Under the pieces are notes generated by a model that was given only the letters and a program-made list of their open reading frames with translations, did not search any database and was not told where the DNA came from. Shown here one piece after another: positions 1 to 11,896 of a DNA stretch of 64,000 nucleotides (position 1 is its first letter; each line of letters opens with the position of its first letter). Both the position numbers and the translations under genes were made by a program. The DNA is from Gemmatimonadota bacterium (GTDB taxonomy: Bacteria > Gemmatimonadota > Gemmatimonadetes > Palauibacterales > Palauibacteraceae). Where the stretch lies: assembly GCA_039589195.1 (NCBI GenBank), contig JBDHHV010000019.1, positions 1,323 through 65,322 on the forward strand, in the 5' to 3' direction.

Positions 1-1884
1 CTCCCGGTACTCGAGGATCAGCCGAGGGATGGCGTGCCCCATCGCGGCCAGCTGCTCCAATACGCTCTCATCGGTCGACGGACCTGTCTTCGTTCGCTTC
101 ACCACCGGCAGGTCGAGCTTCTCGAACAGGAGCTCACGCATCTGCGGGACGGATCTCAGATTGACCTCCTCGCCCGCGATCTTGTGGATCTCGTCGCGCA
201 CGATCTCGACCTCCTCACGCAGCTTCGTCCCGAGGGCCGCGAAGAAGTCCATATCGATCGCGATCCCGGCTCGCTCCATGTGGGCGAGGACCGGCAGGAG
301 CGGCATCTCCACCGTCCCGAACAGGCGCTCCATGTCATGGGCACGCAGCTCGTCCCGCTGCGGCCCCAGCAGGCGGAGCGAGTAGTCGGCGTGCTCGCAC
401 GCGTGCGTCATTGCCGCATCGCGTGATACCTGGTCCAACGGGGTCGCGGAGCGTCCGCTCCCGCTGATGTCCTTCGCGGTCCGCAACTCCGCCGAAAACC
501 GGTCCCGTACCAGCATCTCCAGCGAGCGCTCGCGAAGAACGGGGGCCAGACAGTACGACGCCACGGACGTGTCGAAGGCGAGCCCCCCCAACCTCACGCC
601 GATGCGCGAGAGGATCTGGAACGCGTATTTGAGATCGTGTCCGACCTTCGGCAGCTCCGACTCGAGGAGCCGGCGCACGTCCCCCATCTCCGGGGCTCCG
701 AGGGGCGGCAGGTTCGGCACTTCCTGCTCATCCAGCCCGAGGGTCGGATTACCCTGGGCATCGCGGACGACCTCTGGTGGCCGGTGCCCGAACGGGAGGT
801 AATGGGCACGGCCGGGCTCGCCGCACAGGGCGATGCCGACCAGCTCCGCGCGCAGGGGGTCGGCCGTCGTGCCCAGCGCGCTCACAGCCAATCGCTCGGC
901 ATCGCGTAGCTCTTCCGCCACCGCCCGTGCCCGGTCGGGTGTCTCGACCAGCTCGTAGTCCGCCCCGGTGACCGGTGCGGCAGGGGGAGTGGGCTCGACC
1001 TCGCGCAGGAGGTTGTGGAACTCGAGCTCCATGAAGATGGCCTGCATACGTTCCCGGTCGGGTTCCTCGCGCTCCAGCCGGCCCGTGTCCAGCTCGACCG
1101 GGGCGTCGAGACGGATCGTGACGAGCTCTTTCGAGAGACGTGCTTCCTCCGCATGCGCCTGGAGGGCGTTACGGGCGCGTGTGCCCGTCACCTCCTCCGC
1201 ATGCGCGAGGATCTGCTCCAGGTCCCCGAATTCATGGATGAGCCCGGGCGCCGTCTTCTTCCCGATTCCCGGGACACCCGGGACGTTGTCCGAGCTGTCA
1301 CCCAGCAGCGCCAGATAATCGGTGACCCTCTCCGGCGGGATCCCGAAGCGCTCGCCGGCGTTGTCGAGTGACACCCACTCTTGCTCGACCCCGGCTGGTC
1401 CTCCCCGTCCCGGGTTGAGCAGGCTCGTGTCCTCGTCGATCAGCTGGTGGAAATCCTTGTCCCCGGAGACGATCACGGTGTGGAACCCGGCGGTGGAGGC
1501 CTGCCCGGCGAGCGTCCCGATCACGTCGTCCGCCTCCCATCCTTCAGCCTCGATGACCGGGATCCTGAAGGCCTCGAAGATCTCTCGACAGCGTGGCAGA
1601 GACGCGTGGAGCTCTTCCGGCATCTTCTCGCGCGTCGCCTTGTACTCGGGAAACAGCTCCGTGCGAAAGCTGTCCCCGGCGTCGAACACGACGCCCAGAT
1701 AGTCGGGCTGGTGATCCTCGATCAGCCTGAGGAGGAAGCGGGCGATCCCGTAGGGTGCGGATGTGTTCTCACCGCTCGACGTGGTGAGCGGCCGGCTGAT
1801 CATCGCGAAGAAGGCGCGGTAGATCAGTGCATAACCGTCGAGCAGGTAGAGGTTGGGTCGGTCGCCGGGTGTTGCGTTCGACAT
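1..1884 (-). CDS. polA: DNA polymerase I. 5'-3' exonuclease domain, 3'-5' exo-like domain and start of the polymerase domain; the C-terminus lies beyond the window start
   Basis: Manual reverse-strand translation from ATG at 1882-1884 gives MSNATPGDRPNLYLLDGYALIYRAFFAMISRPL...GDKDFHQL...YLALLGDSSDNVPGVPGIGKKTA...DAAMTHACEHADYSLRL..., an uninterrupted frame to position 1. The ORF track omits it because no stop occurs inside the window. Confidence 0.9.
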   Translation of the reverse strand, partial: MSNATPGDRPNLYLLDGYALIYRAFFAMISRPLTTSSGENTSAPYGIARFLLRLIEDHQPDYLGVVFDAGDSFRTELFPEYKATREKMPEELHASLPRCREIFEAFRIPVIEAEGWEADDVIGTLAGQASTAGFHTVIVSGDKDFHQLIDEDTSLLNPGRGGPAGVEQEWVSLDNAGERFGIPPERVTDYLALLGDSSDNVPGVPGIGKKTAPGLIHEFGDLEQILAHAEEVTGTRARNALQAHAEEARLSKELVTIRLDAPVELDTGRLEREEPDRERMQAIFMELEFHNLLREVEPTPPAAPVTGADYELVETPDRARAVAEELRDAERLAVSALGTTADPLRAELVGIALCGEPGRAHYLPFGHRPPEVVRDAQGNPTLGLDEQEVPNLPPLGAPEMGDVRRLLESELPKVGHDLKYAFQILSRIGVRLGGLAFDTSVASYCLAPVLRERSLEMLVRDRFSAELRTAKDISGSGRSATPLDQVSRDAAMTHACEHADYSLRLLGPQRDELRAHDMERLFGTVEMPLLPVLAHMERAGIAIDMDFFAALGTKLREEVEIVRDEIHKIAGEEVNLRSVPQMRELLFEKLDLPVVKRTKTGPSTDESVLEQLAAMGHAIPRLILEYRE

Positions 1885-1910
1885 CGAGCAGACCGCCAGG
1901 GGGAGATCTC

Positions 1911-1945
1911 AAAAAAGAACGCGCCCCGGCCGTGGGACGGGGCGC
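1911..1945 (-). terminator. Intrinsic terminator downstream of cspA
   Basis: On the minus strand an 8-bp GC stem (GCGCCCCG..CGGGGCGC) is followed by the run GTTCTTTTTTGAG, just 3' of the cspA stop. Confidence 0.55.
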
Positions 1946-1972
1946 GCTCGAGCGTCCGGGGATCCTCAGGCG

Positions 1973-2179
1973 CTAGCTGGGCTTCGCGACCTTCGTCGCG
2001 TGGAGACCCTTGTCACCCTGGGTGAACTCGTAGTCCACCTCCATCCCCTCCGACAGCGTCTTATAGCCGTCCATATCGATGGAGCTGTAGTGAACGAACA
2101 CGTCGTCACCACCATCGGTTTGTTCGATGAATCCGTAACCCTTGGCATCGTTGAACCACTTCACCCGACCTACTGGCAT
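1973..2179 (-). CDS. cspA: Cold-shock protein, CspA family
   Basis: 68 aa: MPVGRVKWFNDAKGYGFIEQTDGGDDVFVHYSSI. Classic RNP1/RNP2 cold-shock domain motifs. Confidence 0.95.
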   Translation of the reverse strand: MPVGRVKWFNDAKGYGFIEQTDGGDDVFVHYSSIDMDGYKTLSEGMEVDYEFTQGDKGLHATKVAKPS

Positions 2180-2327
2180 CTACGGCCTCCTGCGACAAAA
2201 AACACGCGTCCAGCAACGTCCGAGGGTGGGCCCTCGGGGGGAAGTCGCTCCTATGCTACCGATGGGATTCAAATCCGTCAACACGGCTCGAAAGCGCTCT
2301 CGCGCGACCCTCTCCGGCCACCCCGAC

Positions 2328-4838
2328 TCAGGAGTCGGTGACCGTCTCCCAGGGTCCATACAGGCGGTCGTAAATCGCGATCAGCTCGGTGACCGCGCGC
2401 ACGTACTCACGTGTTTCACGGAACGGGATTCGCTCGACAAACTGATCCTCGCCGGCGGCCAATTCGGGGAATTCCCGCCATGCGAGCCATCTGTGCGGCC
2501 CTGCGTTGTACGAGATCAGCCCGGCGAGCCGGGAGCCGCCGAAGCGGTCCAGGACGTCGGCCATGTACCTCGTGCCGAGGAGGAGGTTGACCTGGGGCAC
2601 CGTGAGTTGCGAGCGCTGGTACTCCGGCAACCCGGCGCGGCGGGCGATGTCCTGCGCGGTGCGGGGCAGCAGCTGCATCAGACCGACCGCGTTCGCCGCA
2701 GAGACGATGTCCGGATCGAAGAGAGATTCGCGACGCGCGACACCCGCCACCAGCTCGGGCTCGAGTCCGCGGGCGTGTGCGGCACTGACGAGCGCATCGC
2801 TGAAGGGCAGCGGATACACGGCCTCGAGGAGTGGTGCGCTCCAGCGCGCGCGCCTCGCCTTCACGCGCCACGCCAAGCGGACTCCTTGCTGCGTCCAACC
2901 ATCCCGGTTCAGGGCCAGCACGAAGGCGAGGAGTTGATCCAGGCCGGTGGGTCCCTCTCTCCGGGCCGCGTCGAGCTCGCGACGTGCTCTTGCCGGCCAG
3001 CCCAGATCCCGCAGCAGGTTCATGCGTTCGAGGGCGTCTCGAAACCGCGGATCCAGCTCGGGCAGCGCTCCGGTAGCATCCAACCGGAGCGAGAGCCAGC
3101 GATCGTGCGTCGTTCGTCCCTCCGCGAGGATCGCGTAGTAGTCCAACGGATCCCGGGAGATCGTCTCCAGGAACAGGGCGTGGGCCGTCGCGGTGTCGCC
3201 TTCGGCCTCGTGCGCCCGGGCCATCCAGTAGGTCGCGCCCTGGGACCAGGAGTCCCGGGGGTAGCGACGGCGATACTCTTCAAGGTGCCCGCGCGCGGCG
3301 GCATATGCGCCCTCGAGGAAGTCCAGCATGGCGAGACGGGAGAGAGATCGGGCACCGTACGTGGTGCGAGGGAAGCGCTCGACAGTGGTCGCATATCGTT
3401 CGCGGGCCTGCTCGAGACGACCCGCGTCGTGGTCTCCGTCCGCGAGCAGGTAGGATGCGAGGGCCGCGGAGACCCCCGCCCCCGAGGCTGCGGTCTCGAA
3501 CGCCTCGCGTGCGGCGCGCGTCTGCCCCAGGGCGGTGAATGTCCGCGCCGCGAGCAACCAGAGCGAAGCGCGGCGCGACGCCGACAGCTCCCGTCCGCCC
3601 AGCCACGGGCCGAGCTCCGCTATCGCCCGATCGAGATCGCCCGCCGCCCGGTGAGCTCCGGCGAGTTGCTCGGCGATAGCGGGCGCTTCCGGAGCCGGCG
3701 CCAGCCCCAGAGCATCCGCCAGATACCGCCTCCCGCGCTCGCTGCGGCCGGCGCGCAGATCCGACACCCCCACCACCCGGAGGGTGCTCCACGACCCGTC
3801 CAACTCGAGCAACGCCGGTCCGATCTCCGCTCCCGCTCGTCGCGATGCCAGCGCGGCCCGGTAGGCCTCCTCCGCGCCTTCCACGTCTCCGCTCGATCGC
3901 AGGTATGGTGCGATGTGCTCTCCCGCGAGCCGGTCGAACACACCCCTGCCGGCCTCGCGGGCGAGCGTGACGCCCCGCTCGAAATCACCCAGCTCGAACG
4001 AAAGCCTCGCCAGGACGAGCTGTACGGAGTCCGAGGGAACCATCGGCTCCTCTCGCAGCTCGGTAGCGAGCTCTTCCGCTGAAGGGCGGTCCTTCGCCTC
4101 GGCGCGGCGGTAGAGCGAGGAGAGCCGCAGCCAGGGCGCAAGCGCCGGGTGCTCATCCGCGGCCTGTTCGAGTTGGGCAGCGGCAGCGGCGGGGTGTCCG
4201 AGACGCGTCAACGCGCCCGCGTACCGCACGCGAACCTCGACCGGCGGCGGCTCGGGACCCGCGCCGGTTTCGAGGTGGGCCTGGTAGGTCTTGGCCGCGG
4301 CGGTGAAGCTGTCGAGCCCCAGGTACGCTCGCGCAAGGAGACGTTGTCCCGCCCCCTGCTCGTACTCCCCCAGCCATGGTTGATCGACGAGCAAACGCCG
4401 TACCGCGGGCCAGGTTCGGTGGGATGCGTACGCGCGCGCGGCTAGGATGATGGCTTCCGGACCCACGAGGCGACCGCTCGACAGATCACGAGCCAGTGCG
4501 CGGCTCGCGGTCACCGGCATGTCGGCGGCGAGCAGGCGGCGCGCCTCCTCCAGCGTGAGGGTCGCGTCAGCCTCCGGATCGGTGCCTTCTGCGGGGTCCG
4601 ATGGAGCGGGGGCGGGCACGCCTCGTGGAACCGGAACGCTGTCCGGTGCCTGGATTCCGCCTACACCATCGGCGAGCGCGAGAGTCGCCGCCAGCGCCCA
4701 GGACAGCGTCCACGCGGAGCCGCCCCACCAGCGTGGGCAAGCAACCCGGTTGGTCGCACGAGCGGCCCGTCTGCGCTCGGCCGACGGGCCGCTCCGCTGG
4801 ACTATCCTCCGACCTGTCTCACGTCCCCTCCGCACCAC
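2328..4838 (-). CDS. Soluble lytic murein transglycosylase: long TPR-like N-terminal superhelix plus C-terminal SLT domain
   Basis: C-terminus ...ESLFDPDIVSAANAVGLMQLLPRTAQDIARRAG...ISYNAGPHRW... is an SLT catalytic domain. The N-terminus has a signal-like WTLSWALAATLALADG segment followed by Ala/Leu-rich repeats. Exact start uncertain. Confidence 0.8.
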   Translation of the reverse strand: MVRRGRETGRRIVQRSGPSAERRRAARATNRVACPRWWGGSAWTLSWALAATLALADGVGGIQAPDSVPVPRGVPAPAPSDPAEGTDPEADATLTLEEARRLLAADMPVTASRALARDLSSGRLVGPEAIILAARAYASHRTWPAVRRLLVDQPWLGEYEQGAGQRLLARAYLGLDSFTAAAKTYQAHLETGAGPEPPPVEVRVRYAGALTRLGHPAAAAAQLEQAADEHPALAPWLRLSSLYRRAEAKDRPSAEELATELREEPMVPSDSVQLVLARLSFELGDFERGVTLAREAGRGVFDRLAGEHIAPYLRSSGDVEGAEEAYRAALASRRAGAEIGPALLELDGSWSTLRVVGVSDLRAGRSERGRRYLADALGLAPAPEAPAIAEQLAGAHRAAGDLDRAIAELGPWLGGRELSASRRASLWLLAARTFTALGQTRAAREAFETAASGAGVSAALASYLLADGDHDAGRLEQARERYATTVERFPRTTYGARSLSRLAMLDFLEGAYAAARGHLEEYRRRYPRDSWSQGATYWMARAHEAEGDTATAHALFLETISRDPLDYYAILAEGRTTHDRWLSLRLDATGALPELDPRFRDALERMNLLRDLGWPARARRELDAARREGPTGLDQLLAFVLALNRDGWTQQGVRLAWRVKARRARWSAPLLEAVYPLPFSDALVSAAHARGLEPELVAGVARRESLFDPDIVSAANAVGLMQLLPRTAQDIARRAGLPEYQRSQLTVPQVNLLLGTRYMADVLDRFGGSRLAGLISYNAGPHRWLAWREFPELAAGEDQFVERIPFRETREYVRAVTELIAIYDRLYGPWETVTDS

Positions 4839-4892
4839 ACCCCCATGTCGGCGATCACCCCCGGCAGATCGCTTGAATGACCTCGCGACCTT

Positions 4893-7837
4893 CTAGAACG
4901 GACTGAAGTCGTACCGGATCCGCGCCATCCCGAACCGCCCCAGCACCGGCGCTCCCACAAACGTCTGGTAGTGGTTGTCGAACACGTTCTGGACATCGAC
5001 CTGCAGCCACACTCCCTGCAACCCGGGGAGCTTGTACCCCAGACCGAGATCCAGGACCCCGAACGGATCCACCCGCCCGATATACACGGCGGAATTCGCG
5101 TCGAACCCGTTTTGTGCCCGGAACCGCACCTGGCCGTTGAAGCCGCCCTCGCTCCGGTACGAGAGAGCCGCCGTCCCCTTCAAGGTCGGGGCGTTGAGCG
5201 GTACCCGCTCCGAGACCCCGCGTGCGGTCGTCTCGAACTCATCCTTGTCGACCACCGAGACCGTGGTGGTTAGCTCCCACTCGTCGCTGAGCAAGAAATT
5301 CGCCGCGACCTCGGCACCGAAGACATCCAGGCTGCCCAGGTTCTCGTACACGAACGCGAGCGTGGCATCGGTTCCACCGACACTCTGTGGGGTCACGACG
5401 CCCAGAGGGATGCGCGCGATCCCGGGGGCCTCGGGCGTACCCACTGCTATCTGGAGCGCGGTCGCCTGCGCCGTCGCCGCGTCGGGGAACGCGACGCCGA
5501 CCAGCGGGAGGAATTGCGCGGTCAGATACGCGGCGAGCTGCTGGCCGTTCAAGAACACGTTCGGGGAGGCGACCCGCAGCGCGGAGGTGAAGTCCGTGAC
5601 GTGGCTCCACCAGCCGTTGACTCCCAGCAGGACACGGCCGCCAAGGAGCCCCTTGTACCCGACCTCGAACGTGTTGGTGATCGTCGGCTTGAGCCGCTCG
5701 AAGTCCTGGATGCCGGCCAACCCGCCAGGGGTGAGGCAGAACGGCGGTGCCGGACAATCCCCGCTCGCGGGTGCGCCGAGCTGGAGGCTCGGGTCCAGGG
5801 TCAGCGCCACGATACCGACATCCCCCTCGCCGGGCGGAGCGATCAGCCCCAACGTGGTGAGCCACACGGCGGCGGCGTACCCGGCGGACAGACGATCGGG
5901 TTGAAAGGCGACATGTGCATCGGGACCCCGTTCGCGTCCCGCATGAACATGTGTCCCTCCTCCGTGCTCCCCGTCGCCCGGATGTCGTAGCGGAACGGAC
6001 CGCCCAGCGGGATTCGCTCGGCGGAGATGTCGAGGAACAGGTTGAGCGTCGTCGGGGTCGAGAAGGCGCGGTTGAAGGTGGCGCGGAAGCTGCTCCCCGG
6101 ATCGGGCTTGTAGACGAGCGCGGCGCGTGGCGAGAACACCCGATCCTCCAGCCGCGAGTGGTCATCCAGCCGCGCCGCCGCCACGAAGTCGAGCTTCGGA
6201 TCGATCGCCCACTCCCACTGCAGGTAGCCCCCGATCTCGGTGAGGTCGTCGTCGGGGTCGTTCTTCCCGTTGATCGTACCGTCGGTGTCGGGCAGCGTAC
6301 GCAGCAGGTCGGCGCCGTAGATGAAGCGGTGCGTCTCGCCCAGCCGCGCCGCGTGCTGGAGCTGCCCGACGAAGATCTCCGATCTGTCGATCAGCGGGCG
6401 GCCGGAGCGCAGCAGATAGGTCTCGTCGTTGCTGCTCTTGTTCCAGAAGAACTGTGCGAAGAGGTCCCGGTGGTTGAGGCGCGCCTGCAGGTAGTTGTAC
6501 GCCCAGTCCACGACCTGCGCCGCACCCAGACCGGTCAGGTCGACGCTGCTGATCGCCTGTGTCCGCCCACCCGACAGAATCACGTTCGTCTCGGGAGTGG
6601 GCCGCCAGTCGATGCGGCCGTCGAGCGTCCAGCGCTCGAGGTTGTCGTCCCGCCCGAGGCACTCGGTGCCGGCCGAGTTCGGCCGGCACACGTTGTTGAC
6701 GCTGGTCTGAAGAAGTGCCTGGTCCTCCGGGTCCGTCAGATTGAGACCCTCCGAGAAGGCCAGGCAGTCCGGGTTAGTGAGATTGAAGCTGCTCTGGATG
6801 CACGAGAGCGCGTCTTCCCGCTCCGCGGCCTCCTCCGTGTCGATGAACGCGTACTCGGTTCCCTTGAAGTACTGCCCCGAGACCTTCACGCCGAAACGGT
6901 CGGACGGGGCGATCGCGATCCTGCCCTCGCCGTGGAACAGCCCCTCATCGCTGCCGGTGAAGGGAAGTCCGCCGGAGATCTTGGTCGCGTCACTCTCGCT
7001 CGACTGCTGCCGCAGCCCGCCCGCGATCGAGAAGCTCACGCCCGGATAGTCGATCGGCGACCGGGTGAGCATGTGGATGACGCCGTTCGCGGCGTTGGGA
7101 CCGTAGAGCGCCGAGCCCGGCCCCAGCACGACCTCCACCTTGTCCAGATCCATGTTCGTCGTCGGGGTCAGGTGCGAGATGTTCGCGCGGAGCGAAGGCA
7201 CTCGTGAGATCCGGTTGTCGGTCATGGTGAGCGAAGCGCCCGAGAAGATGTTGTTGAACCCCCGTACCACCACGTAGCTGCTCTGTACGCCCGTCTGGAT
7301 AACGTCCACGCCTGCTTTGTTCTTGACGTGATCGATCGTGGTGGTCGAGGGCCGCTCCTGGATGTCCAGGGAGCTCACGACCTCCACGGCCGCGGGCGCA
7401 TCGAGCACCTTCTCCTCGGTCTTCGATGTGGTCACCGTGATCGGGTTCAGGCTGTAGCTACCCTCGGTCATGGTGGCGGACGCGCTCGTCAGCTGCCCCG
7501 CGGTCACCGTCTGACCGGCAAGGGTCGCCGTGTTCCACCCCGGGGAGGTGAAGCGGATCGTGTACGTTCCCGCCGGGATCCCGCCGATCCGGAATGCGCC
7601 GCCCGGGCCCGATGTACCTCTCGCCACCACGATTCCGGAGCCATCCACCACCTCCACCAGGACGGCGGCCAGCCCGGCGGCGGTCGCGTCGTCGCGCACC
7701 GTGCCCGCGATACCGCCGACCTGTGCGGCACCGGGTCTCGGGAGCAGGAGGAGTAGCAGGAGCGGGAGAGCCGCAAGGGAGAGCCGAGCCGAACGCGAGC
7801 AGGTATTCATACCGCCTCCCGAGTGCCAGGCGTACAT
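4893..7837 (-). CDS. TonB-dependent outer-membrane receptor (CarboxypepD_reg-like N-domain, plug, barrel). The frame is split into two ORFs (5843..7837 and 4893..5867) by an apparent frameshift at about 5845-5865
   Basis: The N-ORF has a signal peptide (LLLLLLLPRPGAAQ), a plug region and barrel start. The C-ORF ends ...NHYQTFVGAPVLGRFGMARIRYDFSPF, with a terminal Phe. The two ORFs overlap by 25 nt in different frames. Confidence 0.8.
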
Positions 7838-8058
7838 CGCCCTTGGTGGAAAAGGGATAGGATTGTCCAGAAAGTCGAAATTGTGTCTATCGAGCGCAAG
7901 TGCGCCGAGTTGGCAGACTTCCGAGGGCTGCCGAATCGTGGGGTTCCGCGTCGCGCGGTGGCCACGACACGTTCAGATGCACGAAGGCCCGGGCGGCGAG
8001 CCCGGGCCCTCTCGATCACTCGTGCGGTCCGGGCCTCGCGAGCCCGGTCGGCGGTGCT

Positions 8059-8766
8059 TCAGCCAGCGGCGGCGGCGCGCGCCTCGCGCTCGTGGAGAGC
8101 ATCGATCATCCGCTGTGCGCTCTCCTCCATGTCGATCACCAGGCGGTCGATCCGCGTGACGAAGTAGTTGTGCATGATGTTGATCGGGATCGCGATCGTG
8201 AGGCCGGTGGCGGTCGTGATGAGGGCCACCTTGATCCCTCCGGCCACGAGCGTCGCTTCGACCTCGCCCGCGATCTCGATCGCCTGGAACGCCATGATCA
8301 TCCCGATCACGGTCCCGAGGAAGCCGAGGAGCGGAGCCACGTTCGCGAGGGTCGCAAGCCACACCAGACCCCTCTCGAGACCGGCCACCTGGATGGCGCC
8401 CGCGTTCTCGATCGCCTGCATGACGCGCTCGGTGCCCTCCTCGTGGCGGCGTAAGCCGGCCTTGAGGATCTCCGCGGCGGGGGCTTTCGAGTCCTCGCAT
8501 CTCGCGAGCGCTTCATCGAGCCGACCCTGTGCGATCATCTCGTCCACGTCGCCGAGGAGCTTCCGGGTCCTGGCCGCCTTGGACTGGAGGTCGATGAACT
8601 TCCAGATGATGATGAGGATGCCGATGGCCAGAGCGAGGCCTAGCGGCCACATCATGAACCCACCCGCCTCCCAGATCTCACCCAGGTTGAGTTCTTGACC
8701 CTCGCCGAGTCGCGGCGATGCTTCCTGAATCGCCCAGAGTGTCGCAGCGAACAATGGTCTCTCCAA
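8059..8766 (-). CDS. exbB: MotA/TolQ/ExbB proton-channel family protein
   Basis: 235 aa with three TM segments and ...LGFLGTVIGMIMAFQAI... No exbD or tonB adjacent. Confidence 0.85.
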   Translation of the reverse strand: MERPLFAATLWAIQEASPRLGEGQELNLGEIWEAGGFMMWPLGLALAIGILIIIWKFIDLQSKAARTRKLLGDVDEMIAQGRLDEALARCEDSKAPAAEILKAGLRRHEEGTERVMQAIENAGAIQVAGLERGLVWLATLANVAPLLGFLGTVIGMIMAFQAIEIAGEVEATLVAGGIKVALITTATGLTIAIPINIMHNYFVTRIDRLVIDMEESAQRMIDALHEREARAAAAG

Positions 8767-8871
8767 CGGTAAAGTTAATCCATCGCCGGGTGCTGCCAGC
8801 GGCGCCTGAAGGCAGGCCGGATCAAGCTAGGTGGGGGCTCAGGGTGCGTCAAGACAGAAGTTTTCCGGTCT

Positions 8872-9734
<863 letters not shown>

Positions 9735-9738
<4 letters not shown>

Positions 9739-10766
9739 TCTTCTCGACCCGGGTCGGCCGAGGCCGGAGCGAAGCCGGCTCCGATACGATTATCCGGTTC
9801 CTCGGCGAGCCAGCAGCGGGCCCGGGCCGCGCCCGCATCCAGCAGTGGAGGCAGTCTCTCCTCACACCGCTCCCACGCCCACGGGCAGCGGGGGTGGAAC
9901 CGGCACCCGGGCGGCCACCGCGTCGCGTGAGGGACGCGTCCGGGTATCACCACCAGTCTCTCCGCCCGAGCATCGATCGACGGCACGGCTCGAAGGAGAC
10001 CCTCCGTGTAAGGGTGAGTGGGCCTTCGAAACAGGTCGGGAGTCGCCGCTTCCTCTACGATCTGCCCGGCGTACATGACGGCCACGCGATCCGCCACCTG
10101 CGAGACGACGGCCAGGTCGTGCGAGATCAGCAGGAGCGCCATCCCGCTCTCTCGCCGAAACGAGTCCAGCAGTTCCAGGATCTGGGCCTGGATCGTGACA
10201 TCCAGGGCGGTGGTCGGCTCGTCGGCGATGAGCAGCGACGGGCCGCAGGCTATCGCCATCGCGACCATGACGCGCTGACGCATCCCGCCCGACAACTCGT
10301 GCGGGTAGGCGCGCCGGGCTCGCTCGGGGTCCGGTAGACCGACTCGCTCGAGGAGGTGCAGCACCTCGGCGCGCAGATCGGCCCGGGTGGCGCGCCGGTG
10401 CGTACGGACCGCCTCGGCGATCTGATGGCCGACGCGGTACACCGGGTTCAGGGACGTCATCGGCTCCTGGAAGATCATCGCGATCTCGGCCCCGCGGACC
10501 CGTCGCAGCCTGGCGCCGGGCGCACCCAGCAGCTCCTCTCCCCGCAGACGAACGCTCGAGCCCGTGAGGGTACGGGAAGGCGGGGATGGAACGAGGCCGA
10601 GGATCGAGAGGGCGGTGATCGACTTCCCACACCCCGATTCGCCCACCAGCCCGAGGGTCTCACCCGGTCGGATGTCCAGCGAGACTCCATCCACGGCACG
10701 GGACTCGCCCTCATCGGTGTCGAAGTACACCCGCAGGTCTTCGACCTGCAGCACGGGCTCGCTCAC
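9735..10766 (-). CDS. Peptide ABC transporter ATP-binding protein (OppD/DppD-like)
   Basis: [35 protein letters not shown], and a C-terminal oligopeptide-transporter extension. Overlaps the neighbouring genes by 4 nt. Confidence 0.9.
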
Positions 10767-11878
10767 GAGTCCGTCCCCACGATGGTCCTCGGGTCGAGCG
10801 CGTCCCGCAGGCCGTCACCGATCAGGTTGAAGCTCATCACGGTGAGCACGATCGCGAGCCCCGGGAACAGGGTGATCCACCACGCGTCCAGCATCACGTC
10901 ACGGCCGGCCGCCACCATGCCGCCCCAGCTCGGCGCGGGTGGCGGCACCCCGAGCCCCAGGAAGCTGAGCGCGGCTTCGGCCAGGATCGTGTTCCCGATC
11001 CCGAGCGTGGCCGCGACGATGATCGGGCTCACGACATTCGGCAGGATGTGCCGGAACAGGATGCGCGACCGAGCGAACCCCAGGGCTCGTGCGGCCAACA
11101 CGTATTCTCGCTCGCGTACCGAGAGCACCTCGCCACGCACGACCCGCGAAGTGCCCATCCACCCCGTCAGCCCCAGCACGATCGTGATGATGAGGATGGA
11201 CGGCTCGATCAGAGCCACCACGGTGATCAGCAGAACAAGCCGGGGGAAGCTCAACAGCATGTCCACGACCCGCATCGATGTGGAGTCCACCCACCCACGC
11301 GCGTATCCCGCTACGGCGCCGACCGCGGTGCCGAGCGTGATCGCGAGCGTCACCGCCAGAAACCCGATGAGGAGGCTGATCCGGCCGCCGTACAGGACGC
11401 GGCTGAAGACGTCGCGACCGAAGCGGTCGGTGCCCATCGGGTGCGTCGGCGTCGGTCCATGGAACCGCGTCGCCACGATGTCCGCACCCTGCTGCGCGGG
11501 ATCGAATGGCGCGAGATATGGCGTGAGTAGCGCCGTACCGGCGAGCAGCGCGACCAACGCCAGCCCGACGATCGCGGGCCGGTGGCGACGGAAGGCGCGC
11601 CACGCGAGCCACCATTGTGTCTGGGGAGCGGCGGCGGCGCGGGCGGCGCGGGGTTGACCGAGCCGCCATGCGGTGACCAGCCCGCCCGCGAGCGTCAAGA
11701 GCGCGAGCCACTCGTCGACCGCACCACCACCGAGCGTGGCGATGATGCGATCCCACCGGGCGACGGCCAACCCCAGCAACCACACCCAGACGCCGAGCGC
11801 GAGTATTCCACGCCCCGTGTCCCGGGACACCAATCGCGCCCCGGGTAGGATCAGGTCCGGCCACCGCCGGGCGCTCAT
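10763..11878 (-). CDS. Peptide ABC transporter permease (OppC/DppC-like)
   Basis: BPD_transp_1 motif region ...[18 protein letters not shown]... Start may be internal. Confidence 0.85.
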   Translation of the reverse strand: MSARRWPDLILPGARLVSRDTGRGILALGVWVWLLGLAVARWDRIIATLGGGAVDEWLALLTLAGGLVTAWRLGQPRAARAAAAPQTQWWLAWRAFRRHRPAIVGLALVALLAGTALLTPYLAPFDPAQQGADIVATRFHGPTPTHPMGTDRFGRDVFSRVLYGGRISLLIGFLAVTLAITLGTAVGAVAGYARGWVDSTSMRVVDMLLSFPRLVLLITVVALIEPSILIITIVLGLTGWMGTSRVVRGEVLSVREREYVLAARALGFARSRILFRHILPNVVSPIIVAATLGIGNTILAEAALSFLGLGVPPPAPSWGGMVAAGRDVMLDAWWITLFPGLAIVLTVMSFNLIGDGLRDALDPRTIVGTDS

Positions 11879-11896
11879 CGGGTACCCGGCCCGCGT

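Noticed and set aside
2142-4082. 646-aa plus-strand ORF, and similar long ORFs (5915..7207 +, 10356..11657 +, 17199..18962 +, 22231..23502 -, 45014..46903 -, 54488..55783 +, 55143..56396 -, 59043..59915 +, 60107..61159 +)
   Set aside because: All are antisense or overlapping to well-supported genes. They have Arg/Pro/Gly/Ala-rich low-complexity translations with no recognisable domains, which is typical of open reading frames arising by chance in about 70% GC DNA.
7838-8058. exbD/tonB partners for exbB, or a terminator hairpin GGCCCGGGC-ggcga-GCCCGGGCC
   Set aside because: No ORF with ExbD or TonB character is present in the gap; the TonB-dependent receptor start abuts it. The 9-bp hairpin lacks a T-run on either strand, so I did not call it a terminator.
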